A stretch of DNA of 64,000 nucleotides, taken from assembly GCA_951406725.2 (NCBI GenBank), contig OX597826.1:35092001-35156000 (forward strand), written 5' to 3'. The DNA comes from Octopus vulgaris (lineage: Eukaryota). Both the position numbers and the translations under genes were made by a program. Positions 42,547 to 56,277 of this stretch are shown in pieces. How positions within the stretch are numbered: the first letter of the stretch is position 1; every line of letters starts with the position of its first letter. Below the pieces are notes generated by a model. It made no database searches. It saw nothing but the letters and a program-made list of their open reading frames with translations, and was not told the DNA's origin.

Positions 42547-43078
42547 CTAGCAGTATCGCCCGGCGTTGCTCGGGTTTGTAAGGGAAATAACTATATAAGC
42601 ATTTTTAGAGAGTTATAGCAAAAAAATGCATTAAAAATGGAATAAAAAATTATGGTAAATTTTTTTTTAAATCGTTGACTCAGTGTCTTCAAGCCATGAA
42701 GTCGTTGTTCTAAAAGAACGCTGGTCTCCTTGACAACGCTTTACGACGTTGATTTCCTTACACTCCCTTCCCCACAGCTTCACGAGGGAGGGAAGAAGGG
42801 GGAGAAGCAAACAGGTGCAGGTGTGACCATGGACGCTAACTCCGCCGCCATCGACACACGAAATATTATGCATTAAAATGGAATAAAAAATGATGTTAAA
42901 TTATTTTTTAAAATCGTAGACTCATTGTAGACGCGCGCTAATACTCAGACGGGCTCGATATGAATCACGACTATAAGATACTGAATTTGGTTAAACTGCA
43001 CCGCAAAATGTGGGAGTAGTTAGGAATCTAAATCTAGGGGGACAGACACTCACACAACTACAGTTTTATATATATAGA
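42547..43078 (-). mobile_element. non-autonomous Helitron, copy 2, complete termini
   Basis: 5' TCTATATATATAAAA, 3' hairpin CCCGAGCAACGCCGGG plus CTAG, inserted between A and T with no TSD. Confidence 0.9.
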
Positions 43079-43219
43079 TTTGTTTCCGATACTGATCAAT
43101 ACTATGTTACGTATTATTTTCTTGTCTCTAGGAGTGAAATTAGATTTCTTTTGGTTAACGCTTTGTTGCAGGGGCGTCAACACGCCCACACCGGTTGTAA
43201 AGCGGTAGTGGGGGACATA

Positions 43220-43424
43220 GGCGGCGAGCTGGCAGAAATGTTAGTACGCCGGGCGAAATGCGTAGCCGTATTTCGTCTGTCGTTACGTTCTGAGTTCAAA
43301 TTCCGCCGAGGTCAACTTTGCCTTTCATCCTTTCGGGGTCGATAAATTAAGTGCCAGTTATAATCGACTTAATCCATTTGTTTTTCCTCTCTGTGTTTAC
43401 CCCATTGTGGGTAGTAAAGAAATA
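43220..43424 (+). mobile_element. SINE family A with TSD
   Basis: Flanked by GGTAGTGGGG(G)ACATA at 43204-43219 and 43425-43439. Confidence 0.9.
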
Positions 43425-43463
43425 GGTAGTGGGGACATACAAAGACACGAGCACACATACACA

Positions 43464-43508
<45 letters not shown>

Positions 43509-43592
43509 ATAAATATTAGGGAATGAATCCAAAATTACAGGGAAAAATCAGATTTAGGGTTAAATCCAATTTTATAGTAAAATATTATATAA

Positions 43593-43763
43593 TATAATTC
43601 GAGACAAAACCACTATTTTAAAACCAAACAAGGAAAGACTTAATCAATACATAAAATTTTAATATAAATTAAATAAATAAATTATAATTTATATTAAAAT
43701 TTTATGTATTGATTAAGTCTTTCCTTGTTTGGTTTTAAAATAGTGGTTTTGTCTCGAATTATA
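43593..43763. repeat. perfect inverted repeat, 79-bp arms, 13-bp spacer
   Basis: 43593-43671 is the reverse complement of 43685-43763. Confidence 0.92.
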
Positions 43764-45663
43764 ATATATATATATATATATATATACGGCGGGCTTGTTT
43801 CAATTTCCACTGACAGAGCTTTGGTTGATGCAAGGCTAGAGTAAAAGACACTTGCCCAAGGTGCCAGGGAAGTTTTACTAAGTTCATTGCACTAATACGC
43901 GTTACAACTTTCGCTCGTTTACATAAAAATGTATATAATTTTGTGAGCTTTAGTATTGATTAAGAACGAAGCACCTTTGGACAAACAACTTCTCAAAAAT
44001 TGGTGAATTAAATTAAACAGCTAATTAAAATAGTAATATTTCTAGAATTAGAACTCTTACAGATGTCCTTATTTCAAACGGATAAAAAGAAGCAGAAGGA
44101 AAACAGAAATAAGAGCTTTGATCATGCCAAGCACGTTTCGTTTGAGTGGGAAGAAAATTACATAAAAATGCTATATTTGCTCATTTACTTTCATTGAATC
44201 CATCTGTCAGTAAATCTCTTTTAATTAGTATGATTAGTGAGCCTCTATGTGGTAGTTTGTTCTGCTGGAAATAGTTGGCAAATTCACTCAGATTACACAG
44301 TAGGATTTGTTAAAGGGAGCACATGTGTTACAATAAAATCTTAGATGTACCAAGAGATGAGATAATCATTGCTGGTGGTGTTGTAGTCATAGATATGGTC
44401 AATCTGGACTCATCTCTAGGCTAAGCATCACCATCATAATCATCGTCACCTCAACCGATTAGATATTTTCTTTGTTTTTTTTTTGTTAGAAGCATGATTC
44501 GGTTCGGTAAGATACTCCTCTACATGCTAGGCTCAGGTGTGACGGTGTAGTTAGGGCCTTCATTTTGTATCAGAGAAAGCTTTAGCTTTAAACTGGAATC
44601 AACATTGATTCTTTATTTATAAGATACTCTTCCTTCAGTGCCAAAGCATATAACAATGCTACAATGGTTCCAACCACCAGAAAAATCTACACTGTCTTCT
44701 TTATCTTTTACTTGTTTCATTCATTTGACTGAGGCACCGCCTTGAATTTTTAGTCGAATGAATTGACCCCAACGACTTATTTTCAATCCTGGTGCTTATT
44801 CTGTCGGTCTCTGTTCCGGGGATTCTTTCAGTTTCTGTCTACCAAATCCACCCACAAGTCTTCAATCGACCAGAGACAGCTGTCCATGGTGCCACGCGAT
44901 GAGACTCGACCCGGAAATAAGTTTACTTCTTACCGGATGGACATGTATCTGTGTATATGTGTTCATAAAATAGACGATTAAATATTATCACTATAGAATA
45001 TATAGGAACATTCAATACATAAGTTTAAATAAAAATAAAACGTTCATTTATATTTGAAACGTATTTGAAAAGCAAATGTATCAAGCAAAAATGTCATATA
45101 ATTTGTTGATATTCCATATAAAGTTGCAAGAAAACACATACATTAACACAAACAGTACATACACACACGAATATACACATAAATACACTCACAAATGCAA
45201 GTATATATCCACTATCACTCTTGCTTATCGTTTTGATAGTCTCATTAAAAAGGAAGTGAAAATAGTATCAGAGACTGAACCATATGTTGCACTAACAGTA
45301 TAGGCGCTAACAAGATTCTGTATTCAGTAAAAGTTTTATCCAACAGCAGCGGACAGAAATTCAACTTAAGAACTGCTGCATGAAGGAATATTGACCAACA
45401 GCTTCTCAAATAGTTGCGATAGTGGTTCTGGAATAACTGACTAATTCTGTTTAGTCAGTTCAAACTTCAACATCAGATTCCCTGGATAGCTTCACTTCTA
45501 TGTAAACGTTGCCAACAATGCTTTTATGATCGTAATGTAATGTAAATTAATTCAGTGGCATTAAAGAGCGTTTAAGTGCATGTGCTTTGCCGAAGATTCA
45601 TGATGCTAAGTAGATAAGAGAGAAAGAGAAACATGTACGTCCCTGGATAGATAAGAAATTATC

Positions 45664-45705
<42 letters not shown>

Positions 45706-46029
45706 TGAAGTAATGCAATAATGAATAATAATAATATTCTTCAAATACACATCAACCGTTTGTAGCGCATTAGCTGTGAGCAGTGAATATGATCAGCATG
45801 TGCAATATATGCACGACTATTTCACTTTCGAATGGTTTGAATAGTTGAATCAGTTGAACATATGGCAAATGTTCAGTCTACATCGGTAAAGGCATTTCCT
45901 TTCGGCTGACAACAGTAAGATTTTGTGAGGAGAGATTAGCTTCAGGGACGACTATTGTGCTTCTATTAGAACCAAAACTTCCCCAGGTCTGCGCCCCGGC
46001 TAAAAACACAATAGTACTGGGGTCGATTC

Positions 46030-46220
46030 CTTATTTACATTAATTACATTTGACGGATATTAGTCCTCATCTTGTTTGTTGTTAACACAACGTATCGGCT
46101 GATATACCCTCCAGCCTTCATCAGGTGCCTAGGAGAAATTTCGAACCTTGGTTCTCATTCCTAATGTATAATAATAATAATAATAATAATGATAATAATG
46201 ATAATAATAATAATAACAAC

Positions 46221-46293
<73 letters not shown>

Positions 46294-46476
46294 TTAATAA
46301 TAATAATAATAATAATAACAACAACATCGAACCGAGGTTCGAAATTTCCCCAAGGCACCTAATGAAGGCTGAAGAGTATATCAGCCGAAACGTTGCGTTA
46401 ACAACCAACAAGATGAGGACAATATCCGTCAAATGTAAATAACGTACCTAATTCCTCATCTCTTAAATGTAGAACT
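46030..46476. mobile_element. inverted dimer of the hammerhead-containing retroposon (same family as 11278-11697), with a (TAA)n centre
   Basis: Minus arm 46030-46167 and plus arm 46325-46476, flanked by a duplicated TACTGGGG(G)TCGATTC from the SINE B tail it interrupts. Confidence 0.8.
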
Positions 46477-47017
46477 ATACTGGGGGTCGATTCGTTCGAC
46501 TGAAATACTTCGAGGAGGTGCACCAGCATCACCGCAGTCTAATGGATGAGATAAACCCAAAACAGTAAAAGAAAAATGCATATATACATTCAATAACCCA
46601 TGGCTTTATTAATCAGTTTATTAATTAATAAGTCATTCGTATTTATCAATCAACCACTCTCAATCAGTCAATAGATCACTCCATAAATACATTTACCGGG
46701 TATCACTCCGTGAATTACCCTGTTTATCTGATGAGTATATCTCTTTCATTATCTGTATCTATGACTTTCTCCCCGATACGTCCGTCTTTCTGACTCCTAC
46801 TATTAATATCCCTATCTCATGATGGATATGTGATTACCATGGTGACATCGAATAAGATATATGGGGTCTGGGCCATTTAATAATTCAGTGAATTGATCGA
46901 TAGCACAGAAGAGAACTACAAATAATATGAACAATCTCTCTCTATATATATGCATAAGTGTGTGTGTATGTGTGTGTGTGTGTATGTGTCTAATTCATAA
47001 CATCTACATATAAGCAA

Positions 47018-47224
47018 TACGTCGTGGGTCTTTTTCTGGGTTTAAGGGCATCGCGAAAGAATAGTTTAAAGGCCCAACGTTCCGAGTTCTTTTTACAGGG
47101 CTTAGAAAAAACTGAAGAACCGCTGTCAATCTGAAAAGGAAGTATGTTGAATAAAATCATAATTAACTGATCCTCCTGTATTTTCTTTTAGCTAAAGCCA
47201 ATAACTTTTCAGCATTTCCTTGTA
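47018..47224 (+). mobile_element. mariner-derived MITE, copy 3
   Basis: Homologous to 30217-30435. Confidence 0.75.
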
Positions 47225-47316
47225 CATATAAATAATGATGGCCGGAACTTCGAAGACAGTGTCAGTACCATTTTTATTAAAGAATAATACATGCATTTAT
47301 GTATGCACGTATGTAA

Positions 47317-47712
47317 GGCGGCGAGCTGGCAGAAACGTTAGCACGCCGGGCGAAATGCTTAGCGGTATATCGTCTGCCGTTACGTTCTGAGTTCAAATTC
47401 CGCCGAGGTCGACTTTGCCTTTCATCCTTTCGGGGTCGATTAAATAAGTACCAGTTACGCACTGGGGTCGATGTAATCGACTTAATCCGTCTGTCTGTCC
47501 TTGCTTGTTTCCTCTGTGTTTAGCCCCTTGTGGGTAGTATAGAAATAGGTATTTCGTCTGTCTTAACGTTCTGAGTTCAAATACCGCCGAGGTTAAATTT
47601 GCCTTTCATCCTTTCGGGGTCGATAAATTAAGTACCAGTTGCGTACTGGGGCCGATCTAAAGGACTGGGCCCCTCCCTAAAAATTTCGTGCCTTGTGCTT
47701 AGAGCAGAATAA
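47317..47712 (+). mobile_element. SINE family A, partial-tandem dimer
   Basis: GGCGGCGAGCTGGCAGAAACGTTAGCACGCCGGGCG...; the second unit restarts at GGTATTTCGTCTG near 47548. Confidence 0.92.
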
Positions 47713-49129
47713 TATGTATGTACGTTTGTATGTATATATGTATGCGTGTGTTTGTGTGTATGTAATCATAATCCTGAATGTGAGTGCTTTCTAAACAATC
47801 TTTCTCATTTGTCATTCATTATTTCTAGGAACACGATATTTTATATCCAAATAGTACTTCCAATGGATTATTCATTCCCTTCTCATCATCTATTCATATA
47901 ATTTATTTTTTTATCAGTGTTTTAGGGGACCTTTGAAAGTCCAAAACTGCTGCGGTGTGAGAACGTTTCGTGACAATGTTCAGTGTACACAGCAATTTAT
48001 AAAGGAAAAGTACTCCGGACATATGATAATGTAATATGGCGTCATTAGTGCCAGATGTGTGAGGTGGGTTGAAACTGCTAGAGAGAAGGGAAGACAAATA
48101 TAAAGTAAATTGCGATTAATCAACGTTTACAAATAACAAAATATCAAATATCTCGGTAAATTCATTAGGAACAAATAGTTTCTGGTTAATAAATATTCAA
48201 TAATATATGACCTGAAATTCAGTACAAATTCCACACTCGAGTGTGGAATTTAATACATATAATACACACACATTATACATATACATACAAATACATACAT
48301 TATATATATATATATATATATATATAATACACACATTATACATATACATACAAATATATATATATATATATATATATATTGATTGATTGATTCCAGTTTC
48401 AGCTTATGAGCTGTGGCCATGCTGGGAGTTTTAACCAAAATATATATATATATATATGGCACTAAACATTCAGGAAAAGTGAGAAATAAAATATTTATAC
48501 CATCTGTTAACTGCTGTTTTGCAATTCTATATCCAGATGCGAGTATATGTGTTGATGCACCCGTATAGTTCTGCTGCAACATAATGAATACGACAACATA
48601 ATGAATAAGAAAATTTTGAGTATTAAACAATTGACTCTGCTAAATTTACCTTGGTCACCTCATTATGCACCCATATATATATATTATGTATTTGTATGCA
48701 TACGTGTGTGTGTCTGATAGTATATGCTACCTCAAAATATTGAGATTTTTCACGAAGACTCTATTGATGAATAGAAATAGGTAAATAGCTCGTCTTTATA
48801 TTTTCATCAGCACCAACATATGCATCAGTCATACTTCTTTTAATCCTGCATTGGGGCATCATGGTTAAGTGCATGCCATCTTTAAATCTTCTCGAATACA
48901 TTGCTTATAGTGCCACCATTTCTAATTTCGTTTCATAATTTAACACAGGCGAGGTTGTTAGTTTGATTAATAAATGATATATGCATTAGCAGGATTTTGA
49001 TTTTGTTTTTTGCGATTTTGTACTATAGGTTATTGGTATAAATTCTTTTGGTTAAAACTCTCAACGTACATATATCTGAAAACATTGCATTTATGTACAT
49101 TATCATCATGAACATGAGGGTATTTAGTA

Positions 49130-49520
49130 CAAAGGGGGAATCTCCTGGGTTGTCTGGGCGTAAGACGTGAAAGCGGAGCATTTATGGAGGCTTTAAATAA
49201 ATAGATTGTGGTGCTTCAATGATCGTTCAATGTCAGTTGCAGAGAGAAAAACAGGTCTCTGGGAGTAATCAGATTCCATGCATAAAATAGAAATCAAGTG
49301 TGGCACGGTCATGTAATACATACGCCGAGTAATTCGTTACGTAAAGAAGTGCCAAGCGCTCCGAGTGGACAGAGTCTGTAGAAGAGTGAGACCAATGAAG
49401 AATTGCTGAAGCCTTATCTCAGATTGTTGGAGTATTTTCTCAAACGGTTAAATATTTCCAAGAAGATAATGAAGGACCTTCGAATGCTGTAAAAGTACTG
49501 TGTTGAAGAAAAGGCATAAA
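49130..49520 (+). pseudogene. decayed 3' end of an RTE LINE
   Basis: WHGHVIH..VKKCQALRVDRVCRRVRPMK resembles the RTE motif WYGHVxRM..GxRGRGRPxKTW. Confidence 0.55.
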
Positions 49521-50724
49521 AAATATGCCCACAAGTGTATAGTAGTTTTGAACGTATGGAATTTAGATGTTCGATTCTCAACCATTATATTCATATAAAA
49601 AATCCTATCTAAAAACCTCATTTTGTCATCTCCAACGTGACGAGCGATGGCATTGTATTGTATTTTTCCGTATTCCGTCCTTCATTATCTGACACTCTCG
49701 ATCACATTATTCATTTTACCCTTATCATATCACTATTTAAAAATCCTTCTCACCTCCTGCAATCCTACATCTCTTTCTGTCAAACAGATTCTTCATTTCA
49801 ATCACTCCATCAAACCGCTCGTCTTGTTCAACGTCCTTAGCAATAATCCACATATAGTTGTCCGTCCCTCCATTATCTCTTCCAGTATATTCTCCTCTAC
49901 TAAACCCCTGGCTTCTCTCACTGAGTTACTTCACGTTTTGTCGGTTTTGTCTCGGCCTATTCCGTCTATCACTATATTTTTTCAATTCTTGGCTCATATC
50001 ACACGTTTGCTATATCAGAATATCAATTTTCTTTACACCTACCATCTTGCTCCAATTTCTGTATTACTTTTCGTCATTATTCATTTCTACTATCCTCAGT
50101 TACTGAGTTTCCACGAAAAGGCCAGTAAAAGAAACGTACGAACGTAAAAGAACTTAGAAAAAGGTGTTCTATTTTCGCCGTGGATGAACTAAAACGTCTG
50201 GCGTTGAATAAGGAGTAAATGGTGACAACGTTTGATAAGATATACTCTTGTGCCAGGGAGAGAATAGCGTTTCTTGTGTTAATGGATTCGTTGTTAGTAT
50301 GCGTCGCTACAATATGATGCTAAAAACAGGAGCTTGCCCTCAATATTTACTTCTCGTTAGGTGGTACAACTAAATAAGGTTAAAAGTTTGACAAATATTT
50401 TAGTATTTCAAAGAGTACTAAACAAAATGGTATGTTTGCGATGCAAACTTCTCGAGCATGGGGACTTCCCGGCACCAATATCGATGTGTGAGTGTGTGTT
50501 TATATATATATGTATGTATACAAACATACACACACACACACACACAAATATATATGCATATATATGTATATTTATATGTTTGTGTGTGTGTGCGTGCACG
50601 TATATGCGACGAACGATTTGCTATGCGTTTCTATATTTTTCTTTTTATAATCAACTGAAATACATTCCAACATATTTCCAATTCTGTCTTTTAACAATGT
50701 TAGATCATATATATATATATATAT

Positions 50725-50795
<71 letters not shown>

Positions 50796-51564
50796 GATAG
50801 ATAGATAGATATAGAAAGAAATACATATATGCATACATGTGTGCACATGAATATATATATATGTATATATATACATGTATATATATATATTGATACATAC
50901 ACACACATATGCGTGTATATATATATATAGTAATACATACACACACATACATGTATGTATATATATATATATACACACACACACATACATAAATTCATAC
51001 TTGCATACATAGATATATATCCATAATCTTTAATTAGACATTAAGCCAACAATCCTTCCATCTGATCATTCGTTATTTCTGTGAAATAACTTCAAATTCT
51101 ATACCCAAGCAGCACATTCAATGAATTCCTCATCCATTCTTCTACTTATTCACAAACGATTTTTGGAGAGAGTTTTCTAACAAATCATTGTAAATCCAAA
51201 TCTGCTTCGGTGTTGAAACATTTCGTGGCAACGTTCAGTGCTTTACTGCCAATTCGAGAATAATATTCCGTTTTTCCGTACGTATAATAATGATCAGGGT
51301 AATATCATTTGATATCATTAATGATTGCTGCAGGAAGGGGAGGTTGAAAGGAAGATGGGAAAGAGAGAAGTAGTTAAAAGATAACGTGTGATTAATTAAT
51401 GTTTACACAATTAGAAAATATCGCTGCAAATCATTTGAAATAAAAGTAAGAGGTTCTGCTTCCTAAATCTGCAAAGATAAATTACGTAAATATCAGAATG
51501 TCAATCCTCACCTTTGACTCTTTGCACATGCCGGGAAGGCATATACACACAGAGAAAGAGTTTA

Positions 51565-51780
51565 TAGAAACGTTAGCACGCCGGGCGAAATGCGTAGCCG
51601 TATTTCGTCTGCCGTTACGTTCTGAGTTCAAATTCCGCCGAGGTCAACTTTGCCTTTCATCCTTTCGGGGTCGATAAATTAAGTACCAGTTACGCACTGG
51701 GATCGATGTAATCGACTTAATCCCATTGTCTGTCCTTGTTGGTCCACTTTGTGTTTAGTCCCTTGTGGGTAGTAAAGAAA
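51565..51780 (+). mobile_element. SINE family A, slightly 5'-truncated
   Basis: Near-identical to the monomer at 47317. Confidence 0.9.
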
Positions 51781-52096
51781 TATATATATATGTATATATG
51801 TATGTGTGTGCGTGTGAATGTGTGTGCGCGCGCGTGTATACAAATATGTGTATATCTATCAACATATCATTACATATATATATATATATATACACACATA
51901 TATACCTATATATACGAACATATAAACATGTGAAGTGCGGGCATGTGTGCGTATCGATGTATAATTTATGCCACATGCTCAGAACAGTGAGAATCGAAAC
52001 AAAAACCTATATATTCATTCTCTACACAACTTTTAGATTCTAGCGTGAATGCCTGACCGCTATTTTGTTATCTCAAAACATCTCAGTTCGCTTGAT

Positions 52097-52333
52097 CAGT
52101 GGTTCTCAACCATTTTTTACCCATGGTCTCCTTCGATTCCTGTTTTACTCCTGTGGACCTGCATAGCCGTGGAATGTTTAGTAATTTTATCATAATTTTA
52201 AAATCAAACATCATCAGGAATTCGACCAAAATATTGTAAGAATATTTAGTGTGCTGTAGAAGTATGACCAATTTATTATGTAAATATTTTATAGTACTCT
52301 ATTGGTCATATGGCTCCTGGTTGGAAACTATTT
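52097..52333. mobile_element. hAT (Charlie-like) MITE
   Basis: Left TIR CAGTGGTTCTCAACC and a degenerate right TIR GGTTGGAAACTA. Confidence 0.5.
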
Positions 52334-52999
52334 TAAATGATGTACGCTCATAACTAACACGATTCAATAGTGTAAAGGGATTTCGAGACACCAAAGTGTT
52401 TCAATCATATTGTGTGTCTCGTCAAAGCTGCCCCCCCCCCTGCTAGATGAATCCATGAAGATTACGCGTACTTTATAGAATTTACCAAACTTTTTGCTGA
52501 AAAGTGATGCCTGGCAAACAGATCATACTTCACAAAGGGCACATAGAACGGCGATATTCCTAACAATATCGTATCTATGAATTTTTCGAAGCCGTTTCTA
52601 GATATTAACGTGAATATCTAATCTCTGTTATTTTACGGTATTGGGAATAGATATCTTTGGAAGGGAAATTGTGTTCACCATCGACACAAAAAAAAAGCAT
52701 TATTCAGATATCCTTGTTCGAATCTGCCACGAAGTATTAAGAAAGAATAGACAGGTTATTACACACACGCATATATATACATATATACAATATATATATA
52801 TAATAGATATACTGATATGCGTATATAATACATACTATATACTTACTCTAACTGTGCAGTTATGTCTCAAATATTAATTCCATTCCTTAAATAAATACTA
52901 TGCTTCCCTTGTTCATAATTTCTAACACACACACACACACACAAATACACACACGCATGTTTATATACAAACATATATACTACACGTATACACAAATAT

Positions 53000-53107
53000 G
53001 TTCTTATTCTATTGGTCTCTTTTCGCTCAGATCGGGGCACGTGAACGCACAAACATAGGTTGTCAAGCGTTGGGAGGGGGACAAGCACAGACACACAAAT
53101 ACATACA

Positions 53108-53161
<54 letters not shown>

Positions 53162-53313
53162 CATATATATACGACGGGCTTCTTTCAGTTTCCGTCTACT
53201 AAATCCAGTCACAAGGCTTTAGTCGGCTCGAGGCTATAGTAGAAACGCTATGGAACTGAACCGGGAATAATGTGGTTGGTAAGCAAACTCCTTACCACAC
53301 AGCTACTCCTGCA
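53000..53313 (-). mobile_element. SINE family B with internal deletions
   Basis: Reverse complement GGTGCAGGAGTAGCTGTGTGGTAAG..CCGGTTCAGTTCC..AAAGCCTTGTGACTGGATTTAGTAGACGGAAACTGAAAGAAGCCCGTCG. Confidence 0.85.
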
Positions 53314-53344
53314 CCTGTGTATGTATATATATATATAGATACAC

Positions 53345-53387
<43 letters not shown>

Positions 53388-53501
53388 TGTGACCGCCTGT
53401 GTACCGTTGGCGATTTTTTTCCTCCGTCTTCCCTTCCTTCCTGAGCGTTCAATAATACTATATTTGTTCCACGTCCTCGCGTTGTGTTTTCATGTTTGGA
53501 T

Positions 53502-53506
<5 letters not shown>
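53388..53506 (+). mobile_element. internally deleted copy of the pLTR-like repeat at 63200-63395 (hammerhead segment lost)
   Basis: GTTGGCGATTTT..CCGTCTTCCCTT is joined directly to TTCCTGAGCGT..CCACGTCCTCGCGTTG; lies between (TA)n tracts. Confidence 0.75.
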
Positions 53507-53581
<75 letters not shown>

Positions 53582-54288
53582 ACTGTATGTGTGTATATAT
53601 ATATGTGTGTGTGTATGTATGCATGTATAATTATAAACGGAAAGCATTCCTAACAATTTACATTTAACTGTTAGATTTCGTTACATATTTACAGCTTCGA
53701 TCTATATAGTTTTATTAGTGTTATTATGTTCTCTTTTTTCATGAGAGAGAGAGAGAGTGTGTGTGTGTGTGTATGTGAGTGAGCGTGTGTATGCACATAT
53801 TTTTGTATATATATCATTATTTGAAAGATTTTCATCTTATAACATATAAGAGGTTGTTTTAATCTTCGTAATGTAAATATTCTTCGGAGAATGATGAGAT
53901 ATTAAAAGCACCAAATCGATGTATTAATAGATGAACGAATACGATACCATAATTGTGTAGATCGAACAAGAACAACTTTCGATGAAATATTGGGTTGACT
54001 GAGGGAAATCAGTGTAGTACGAAGGTCATTGAAATATTATCATAGCGATGATTGTAACGTGAATAGAGCTGCTGACGGGAATGATGGCTGGGGACGAAGT
54101 TCATGATTATGCTGATAATGAATGAGGAAAGTGATGAGTAAAATGATAAAGTCCGAAATAATAATGATGAGAAAGAGAGAAATAAATCTCAAATATCAGA
54201 TTTATCGTATTGCCATCACGCTATGAATTTTCTTGTATGTGTGTGAGTATGTAAAGAGTTGCATATATGCATATATATATATATATAC

Positions 54289-54379
<91 letters not shown>

Positions 54380-55184
54380 ATCACACTTATATATAATACA
54401 TGCATTTACATATGCCTGGATATGCAGTTGTTTTGTGTACTCTTGCAGCAAATGTTTCAGTTTAATATACATTTCCCTCTTGTAATTTATTACATTTTTT
54501 TAATTGATCAGATAACCTGCACCTTAACTGTATTTAAAAAATTTAACTGCACCGTTTTCTGTATATTTTTTCCTAAACTATTCTGAATATCTTATCCATC
54601 TTATTATTGCTTTTTTCCTGATTTCACTCCATGAAATACATTGAATAAATTATGATTTGTATTAAGATATATAGTCCCTATTATCTAACTATCTAAACAT
54701 TATACTTAAGCCATGCAATTCTCTTATTTTAAATATAATCTAAATAAGAAATATGCTGTGCTATTTTCCATGTTTTTCTTTTCAATTCTCTATTAAGAAA
54801 AAAATTATATCGTCTTTCGTTGATATTTTTTGTGTATATTACAGAATTTTTCTGTAGAATCTGGCAAAACCTTGGAATGAGATGGTGTATTAAATGCGTG
54901 CTAAAATCTGTGTAACTTTCGGATATATTTTATCAATGCTCAATTGTAAATTCTTTCAGCTGAGAGTGTAGTGAACCGATGTGAGAGCTATCACATGGTC
55001 CCCTGACTTCTATAGACATCAGTTAATTATCTTTAATAGCTTTGTAGTATACTAAAAGAAGACAAAACAGAAGCACGCTCTCTATAATGTAATTCCTGGT
55101 TTAGCATGTCTCAATAAAAATCAGAAAATTATTGGGCTGGAAAAGAATAGCAGCCAAGTGCAAGTGAAGCTGTCTCTGCCTCCA

Positions 55185-55310
55185 AGTTTCGCATTCTGGA
55201 CGTGATAGTAGAACAAAAGTTTAGAGAGTTCAAGATGAATTTGTCACCAAAAGCAGTTGACGAAAGCATGACCCGTTCGTGGGTAACAACTGGTTCTTTT
55301 GTCTGAGATA
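55185..55310 (+). pseudogene. possible piggyBac-like transposase remnant
   Basis: KFRILDVIVEQKFREF..AVDESM resembles the K.RPL....N.KF....S.DESM block; short and stop-interrupted. Confidence 0.3.
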
Positions 55311-55465
55311 ACTTTGCATACGGATCCATTACGTGAAGAATGATCTGGATGAGTGAAAAAACAAAGATTCATGGCAAATTCTTGATTGATTCGCGAGTAT
55401 ATCACAAGGAATTGCTGAAGCTAAGAGTTTGCATGTTTTAATTAATGAACTTCAAGACAACCTTA

Positions 55466-55730
55466 GTTTAGGACGAATGTTGCTGTAATTTAGTTCCAGG
55501 AGACATCGTCTTCAGCTAGCTATACGACACGATCTGTGTCCTCATATTTTCGAAAATATAAGGACACAGATCGTGGCGTATAACCAGCTGGAGACGATTC
55601 TCCTGGGTCTAAATTACAGCAACATTCGTCCTAAACCAGGACTGCCATGTTATGTTGGTAAACAATCTTTACTACAAAGTACTGTTGCTGAATATCTCTC
55701 GTGGTGAGAATTTAAAATAGTAATTTTCTA
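55466..55730. repeat. repeat family P, copy 3, with a spacer-less ~170-bp imperfect palindrome (55466-55636)
   Basis: The arms mirror around TTTTCGAAAA at 55547-55556. Confidence 0.9.
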
Positions 55731-56277
55731 AGTTAAGACAATCTTTATAAATTCCCGTTGTGTATCCAGAGACCTATAGCCAGCAGCGGTAAGGTTGGTA
55801 ATGATTAATTTAATCATTGATTAATCAGTGTGTAGAAGAATAGCGTATCCAACACTTCCATTGTGTGAGAGAACGGTACAGTAGAAAACAATACGGAATT
55901 TTGATCACTTCTTGTGGTATGATGAAAAAGTATGAGAGAAAGCAGTTCTGATTTCTGATTGTATCTTTGATAGGGGGATTGCAGGAAAAAAAGGCTATAT
56001 TATATTTTTGTGTGATTTTTGTGCATAAAAGGGACCTGCGGGGAATCCTGTTACTTTTTATGCGTGTGTACCTTTAATTGATGCACTGCTGGGCAAACCC
56101 CAATTATAAGACAGACATAATAGCAGAAATACAAGACTCTTTATACTAAAATGCAATTTACATAAAACATTATTACTTACCTTTATTTTCTTCATCTTTT
56201 TCATCTTCATTTTACACTTATTTTGTTACCTTTCTTCTGCAACCTGTCATATAGTTACACACATACGCTCGCTTACA

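Noticed and set aside
49647-50147. 166-aa hydrophobic ORF as a membrane protein
   Set aside because: It is the pyrimidine-rich antisense of what looks like a decayed RTE 3' end on the minus strand.
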